NCBI GenBank assembly: GCA_048886685.1
Contig: JBHLKM010000005.1
Coordinates: 200,659 to 264,658, forward strand
Reading direction: 5' to 3'
Length of the DNA stretch: 64,000 bases
Source of the DNA: Candidatus Hodarchaeota archaeon
GTDB lineage: Archaea > Asgardarchaeota > Lokiarchaeia > Sigyniarchaeales > SOKP01
The position numbers were made by a program, and so were the translations under genes. Numbering within the stretch: the stretch's first letter is position 1; each line of letters begins with the position of its first letter. This document shows positions 60,032-64,000 of the stretch, piece by piece. The notes under the pieces are model-generated. The model had not been told where the DNA came from. It worked only from the letters and a program-made list of their open reading frames with translations, and did not search any database.

Positions 60032-60637
60032 TTGATAAATAACATTATTTTTGATTTAGGTAATGTATTAATAAATTTTAAACCCAATCAATTTTTACTA
60101 AGATATACTAAAGATAAGAACCGTATTTTCAAATTCATTTCAAAAATAATTCAAAGTGATACTTAGCTAAAATTAGATAGGGGATCTATATCAATCCAAA
60201 ATGCCCGAGATGATTTCATATCTGTATACCCAGAGGAAACTGAATTGTTAAAAATATTTTTTAAAGATTGGAAAGAAATGTTAACACCAATTTCAAAAAA
60301 TGTGGATTTATTAAAAGAGTTAAAATCGAATGAATACAAGTTATATGTATTATCTAATTATATAGCTGAAGCTTATGAATATACAAAAAAACGTTATGAT
60401 TTCTTCTCAATATTTGATGGAATAGTAATTTCATGCAAAATTAATTCTATAAAACCGGAGTTAGAGATATTTCAGTATTTATTACAAAATTATAATTTAA
60501 ATCCAGAAGAATCTGTTTTTATTGATGATATAAAACAGTTTGTATCACAAGCCGAGAAGTTAAAACTAAAAACTATTCATTACTTACCATTCACCGACTT
60601 ACGATTAGAATTACGTAAGTTAGGTGTAAATATCTAA
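60032..60637 (+). pseudogene. HAD-family phosphatase interrupted by an in-frame TAG (60164-60166)
   Basis: TTG-INNIIFDLGNVL...SDT*LKLDRG continues in frame into LSN, KP and FIDD motifs. Confidence 0.8.
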
Positions 60638-60847
60638 TGCCCCGTTGTATAACATGGTTTATGGGATTATGTCTATCCTATTAATCATTTCTTTACTTGA
60701 ATTTTATATAAGAATGGACATTTTTCACAACTTTTTCTAAAATATCTCTAATTTAATACTTTTAATGCGAGTAGATCGCAGTGAAGCAACTTCAACAATC
60801 TTCATAAAACATTCATCCTTATAAATTCGTTTATCCACTTTTTTCAT
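60638..60847 (-). pseudogene. Remnant of dCMP deaminase
   Basis: KDECFMKIVEVASLRST N-terminus, then YNGA codons at 60638-60649 after stops. Confidence 0.65.
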
Positions 60848-60848
60848 T

Positions 60849-61706
60849 TCACCATTTATCAAATTTTGGCTCTCTTTTTTCAAAAAACGCCAACATTGCC
60901 TCATCTGTATCAATAGATTGGCTGCATACATTTTGAGTTCTATTCTCTAACTCTATCGCAGATTCCAAGGATGGGGCGTCTATATTAATATTAAGTGCTT
61001 CTTTAGTTAATCGAAGACCCAAAACACTTTTATTTAGCATATTTTTCGCTATTTTTAAAGCCTCATTAATTATAATTTCATCAGGAACTACTCTTGAAAC
61101 AAGCCTAATACGTTCAGCTTCTTTTGCAGCAACATCCTTACCAGTATAAATCATCTCTGCTGCGTTTGAGAATCCTATTAATCGTGGAAGCCAATATGTA
61201 CTCCCACAATCCGCACCAGAAACGCCAATTTTTATGAAAGCATTACAGAAAACTGAACTTTCTCCAGCTATTCGAATATCCGCGGCTAATGAAAGTGCAA
61301 GTCCGCCCCCATAAGCAGGACCTTTAACCGCGGCAATTACGGGTTGAGGAATTTTCCTTAGTTTAATCATTATCTGAGTTATACGCCTTTGGAGCATAAA
61401 ACTTACTTTAATAGAATCTTTTGTCTTGAGATATCGAAATCTTGGATCTTTTTCATACACCTCATTACTTTCTAGAGAAACCATTTCTTTTAGATCGAGC
61501 CCTGCCGAAAACGCTCGACCCTCACCGGTTAAAATAACAACACGTATATCGTAGTTGTTTTCCAACCGATTTAAATAGTGAAGGAACTCTTCAATCATTT
61601 CAAAATTAATCGCATTCAATCTTTTAGGTCTATCTAGAGTAATAATAGAGATTCCTTCATTTCCTTCATCCACTTTTAAAGTTTTATATTCTATAATAAA
61701 CACCAT
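60849..61706 (-). CDS. Enoyl-CoA hydratase/isomerase family protein
   Basis: RPKRLNA, FSAGLDL, GPAYGGG. Confidence 0.93.
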   Translation of the reverse strand: MVFIIEYKTLKVDEGNEGISIITLDRPKRLNAINFEMIEEFLHYLNRLENNYDIRVVILTGEGRAFSAGLDLKEMVSLESNEVYEKDPRFRYLKTKDSIKVSFMLQRRITQIMIKLRKIPQPVIAAVKGPAYGGGLALSLAADIRIAGESSVFCNAFIKIGVSGADCGSTYWLPRLIGFSNAAEMIYTGKDVAAKEAERIRLVSRVVPDEIIINEALKIAKNMLNKSVLGLRLTKEALNINIDAPSLESAIELENRTQNVCSQSIDTDEAMLAFFEKREPKFDKW

Positions 61707-61787
61707 GAATTAATTATAATAAAATAGGGTAGTTATTATTGTTATAAAAGTCTTTTTAAGCAGATTTAGAAAGAATTAAGGTTAAAA

Positions 61788-62504
61788 TCAGTTTAAATTC
61801 CTTATTATCTGAATCACTTCAGAAATTTGTCTTATTTCATAATCTGGAAAGATTTCTGTTGGTTTTGGAGAATTCATATCATTAATCCATATAGTTTTCA
61901 TTTTAAAATTTTTCGCCCCCTTAATATCCGTTTCTAAAAGATCACCTATATGAATTGCATTCTGTGGTTTGCAGTTAAATTTTTCCATAGGTATCTCAAA
62001 CATTTTGATATGCGGTTTGAATAATCCTGTTTCATCAGAATAAACAGTTAAATCAAAATATTGAAGTATATTATATTCTTCTAATATTTTACTTATAATT
62101 TTACCTGGTGTTACTCCCGTATTGGAAATTAAACCAATATGATAATCTTGAGCTAGGACTTCTAGTGTTTTCTTCACACCATTCTTTAATTGTGGAGGCT
62201 CTTCTAACATCATAGATTCTAATTTTTCCTTTAGGCGATCTAAATCTACTTTAGAAATCTCAATTTTTAACTCATCGAGTACATTTTGAATTCTGTCTAT
62301 TGTATATATATGACGAAATTCAATTTCTTCAAATGTAACTTCAGCAAAATGGAATTTTTTATCATAGGCATTTTTTAATTCATCGAAAGGAATTATTATC
62401 TCTCTCTCCTGTAAAAATTGAAAGAAAAACTGTAATCTTTGTTCTGAATAAGACTTATTCGTAATGAGCGTATTCCACAAATCAAATGTAATGGCTCTTA
62501 TCAT
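61788..62504 (-). CDS. HAD-family hydrolase
   Basis: FDLWNTL, ISN, KP, HIGDLLETDIKGA. Confidence 0.92.
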   Translation of the reverse strand: MIRAITFDLWNTLITNKSYSEQRLQFFFQFLQEREIIIPFDELKNAYDKKFHFAEVTFEEIEFRHIYTIDRIQNVLDELKIEISKVDLDRLKEKLESMMLEEPPQLKNGVKKTLEVLAQDYHIGLISNTGVTPGKIISKILEEYNILQYFDLTVYSDETGLFKPHIKMFEIPMEKFNCKPQNAIHIGDLLETDIKGAKNFKMKTIWINDMNSPKPTEIFPDYEIRQISEVIQIIRNLN

Positions 62505-62750
62505 AAATTATTAAATTTTCCTTGTAATAAATCTATTTCTCTGTATTGTATTATTTTTTTCTAGATTGGTTAAAAAAGATTAAATTCAGTAAAGGTTTAA
62601 AGTTTATTCTAAGTTCAGCAATTAAATCTATTTTATTAATGGTTAGTACATGTACCTAAAAAAATGAGCATTTAAAAGAATCTCATTAGAGCGGGATCCT
62701 ACCCCTTAGCATGAAGTTAGCATCGATCATTTGTCTTTGGGTTATCAAAA

Positions 62751-63218
62751 TCATAATTTATGCACCTCTTTCTGATCTATTCTCATTTTTTCACGAGCAA
62801 AAAAAATTAGTAATGGAATTAATAACTCATACATACCTTCTCCTAAATCTGTTAGTTCATAACTGACTCGAATGGGTTGTGTATTGCGTACTGTTCGAGT
62901 TACAACATGATTTTCTTCAAACTCTTTCAGCCGTGTCGTTAACGTGCGTGAATTTATATTTGGTAAAGCCCGACGAATGTCATTGAAAAATGGCTTTCCT
63001 TTAATTCTGATGATATATATTAGATCCATTGTCCATTTTTTTTGCAAGAAATGTAGTGCATCGTTGAGAAAAAGTAGTTCGTTTTGTATGTGAGTATCAT
63101 CATGCACAAAAGTTTCAAAATCCTTTTTAAGGTCCTTCCTCACCGCTTCGCGCATTAAAGGTATCTGTTCATCCATCTCTTTCCATACAATACTCAATTT
63201 TTTCATTAATTCTTCCAT
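62751..63218 (-). CDS. HxlR-family wHTH regulator
   Basis: KKWTMDL...FNDI...RTLTTRLKE...PIRVSYELT. Confidence 0.9.
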   Translation of the reverse strand: MEELMKKLSIVWKEMDEQIPLMREAVRKDLKKDFETFVHDDTHIQNELLFLNDALHFLQKKWTMDLIYIIRIKGKPFFNDIRRALPNINSRTLTTRLKEFEENHVVTRTVRNTQPIRVSYELTDLGEGMYELLIPLLIFFAREKMRIDQKEVHKL

Positions 63219-63295
63219 AAAGTCTCAACTTGTTTTTATAATACCAAATTTTTCTCATAATTCATAATAATAAAAAATATTTCTTTTTGAATAAT

Positions 63296-64000
63296 TCAAA
63301 GACCATCTACGAATTTCTTCACATTTTTCAAGGCTTGTCTGTTTTCAGCTATCAGTTTTCCCAGAATTGGAATCGATATAAAAACTAGAAACGCATGAAA
63401 CATTCCTTCCCACACATCAACAGTTACGGAAACTCCTTGTTTTTTCATTTTTTCTGCAATAATTAAAGAATCATCGAGTAACATTTCTCTTGTCCCTACT
63501 TGCAGAAATATCGGAGGAAATCCATTGAAATCAGCAAAAATAGGTGATATTTCCGGATTTTCTGGAGAGTTCGTTTGTAAATAAGCTCTAGCACTAATTT
63601 CCATATTTTTCACATTGAAAAAAACATCTTCATCCGCTTTCGTCTTAAAAGTTTCACTAGTTAAAGTAAGATCAGTCCAGGGCGATAGGCATATAGCTGC
63701 TTTTGGTTGAGGTAAATTTCGTACTCCAATTCGGTGAAGTAAGGCTAGAGTTAATCCTCCTCCAGCAGAATCACCCATAATAATAATTCTTTCTGCTGGA
63801 ATGGATTTCTCTTCCAACAACCATTTATATACAAAAAATGCGTCGTCTAACCCAGCGGGATATGGATCTTCTGGAGCAAGCCGGTAATTTATGCTGTATG
63901 CATTAAGAAGTAATTTTTTACACAATATCGATACGAACCTTCTATGAGTTTTATAGGATCCGCTAAAATATCCTCCCCCGTGCAAGTATAGCATGACTCT
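63296..64000 (-). CDS. HSL-family esterase (5'-truncated by the window edge)
   Basis: HGGG, YRLAPE, GDSAGG, GMFH. Confidence 0.93.
   Translation of the reverse strand, partial: RVMLYLHGGGYFSGSYKTHRRFVSILCKKLLLNAYSINYRLAPEDPYPAGLDDAFFVYKWLLEEKSIPAERIIIMGDSAGGGLTLALLHRIGVRNLPQPKAAICLSPWTDLTLTSETFKTKADEDVFFNVKNMEISARAYLQTNSPENPEISPIFADFNGFPPIFLQVGTREMLLDDSLIIAEKMKKQGVSVTVDVWEGMFHAFLVFISIPILGKLIAENRQALKNVKKFVDGL

Noticed and set aside
62688-62745. GC-richer intergenic stretch as a C/D-box sRNA or SECIS
   Set aside because: No convincing box C/D pair or stable SECIS-like stem, and no in-frame TGA selenoprotein candidate nearby

Overview
AT-rich archaeal chromosomal window, very probably from a Lokiarchaeia (Asgard) genome. 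The evidence is an actin-related protein, gelsolin-domain and roadblock proteins, two Rab-like GTPases, TPR-longin and wHTH-TPR proteins, and an intron-containing archaeal tRNA-Met. All protein calls come from motifs read by eye; no searches were run. (1) 1-17.4 kb is core-like. It holds a co-oriented minus-strand cluster: gelsolin-domain protein, roadblock, an unannotated 41-aa ORF, a CDC48-N-like/Pro-rich/vWA protein, AbrB-ACT, a coiled-coil protein, a divergent ARP, a CHAT protein lacking its His/Cys dyad, a PLD-fold protein lacking HKD, and an N6-type DNA MTase. It is followed by nnr, tRNA-Met(CAT, with intron) and tRNA-Thr(GGT). (2) 17.5-33 kb holds metabolic and regulatory genes, a NfeD-flotillin pair and a wHTH-TPR protein. 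(3) About 33.4-53 kb is a plastic region with short genes of mixed orientation, gene remnants (LRR, pfk), several dispersed repeat families, an attC-like hairpin and a CD-NTase (cGAS/DncV-like) with no recognisable effector. (4) 53-64 kb holds AOR, a CapA-like protein, PatB, a tandem SH3 protein, a HAD gene interrupted by TAG and a dCMP-deaminase remnant. The best candidate for an undescribed system is the 3.3-13.2 kb cluster of actin, pseudoenzyme, roadblock and vWA genes. No CRISPR array, rRNA, transposase or integrase was seen.
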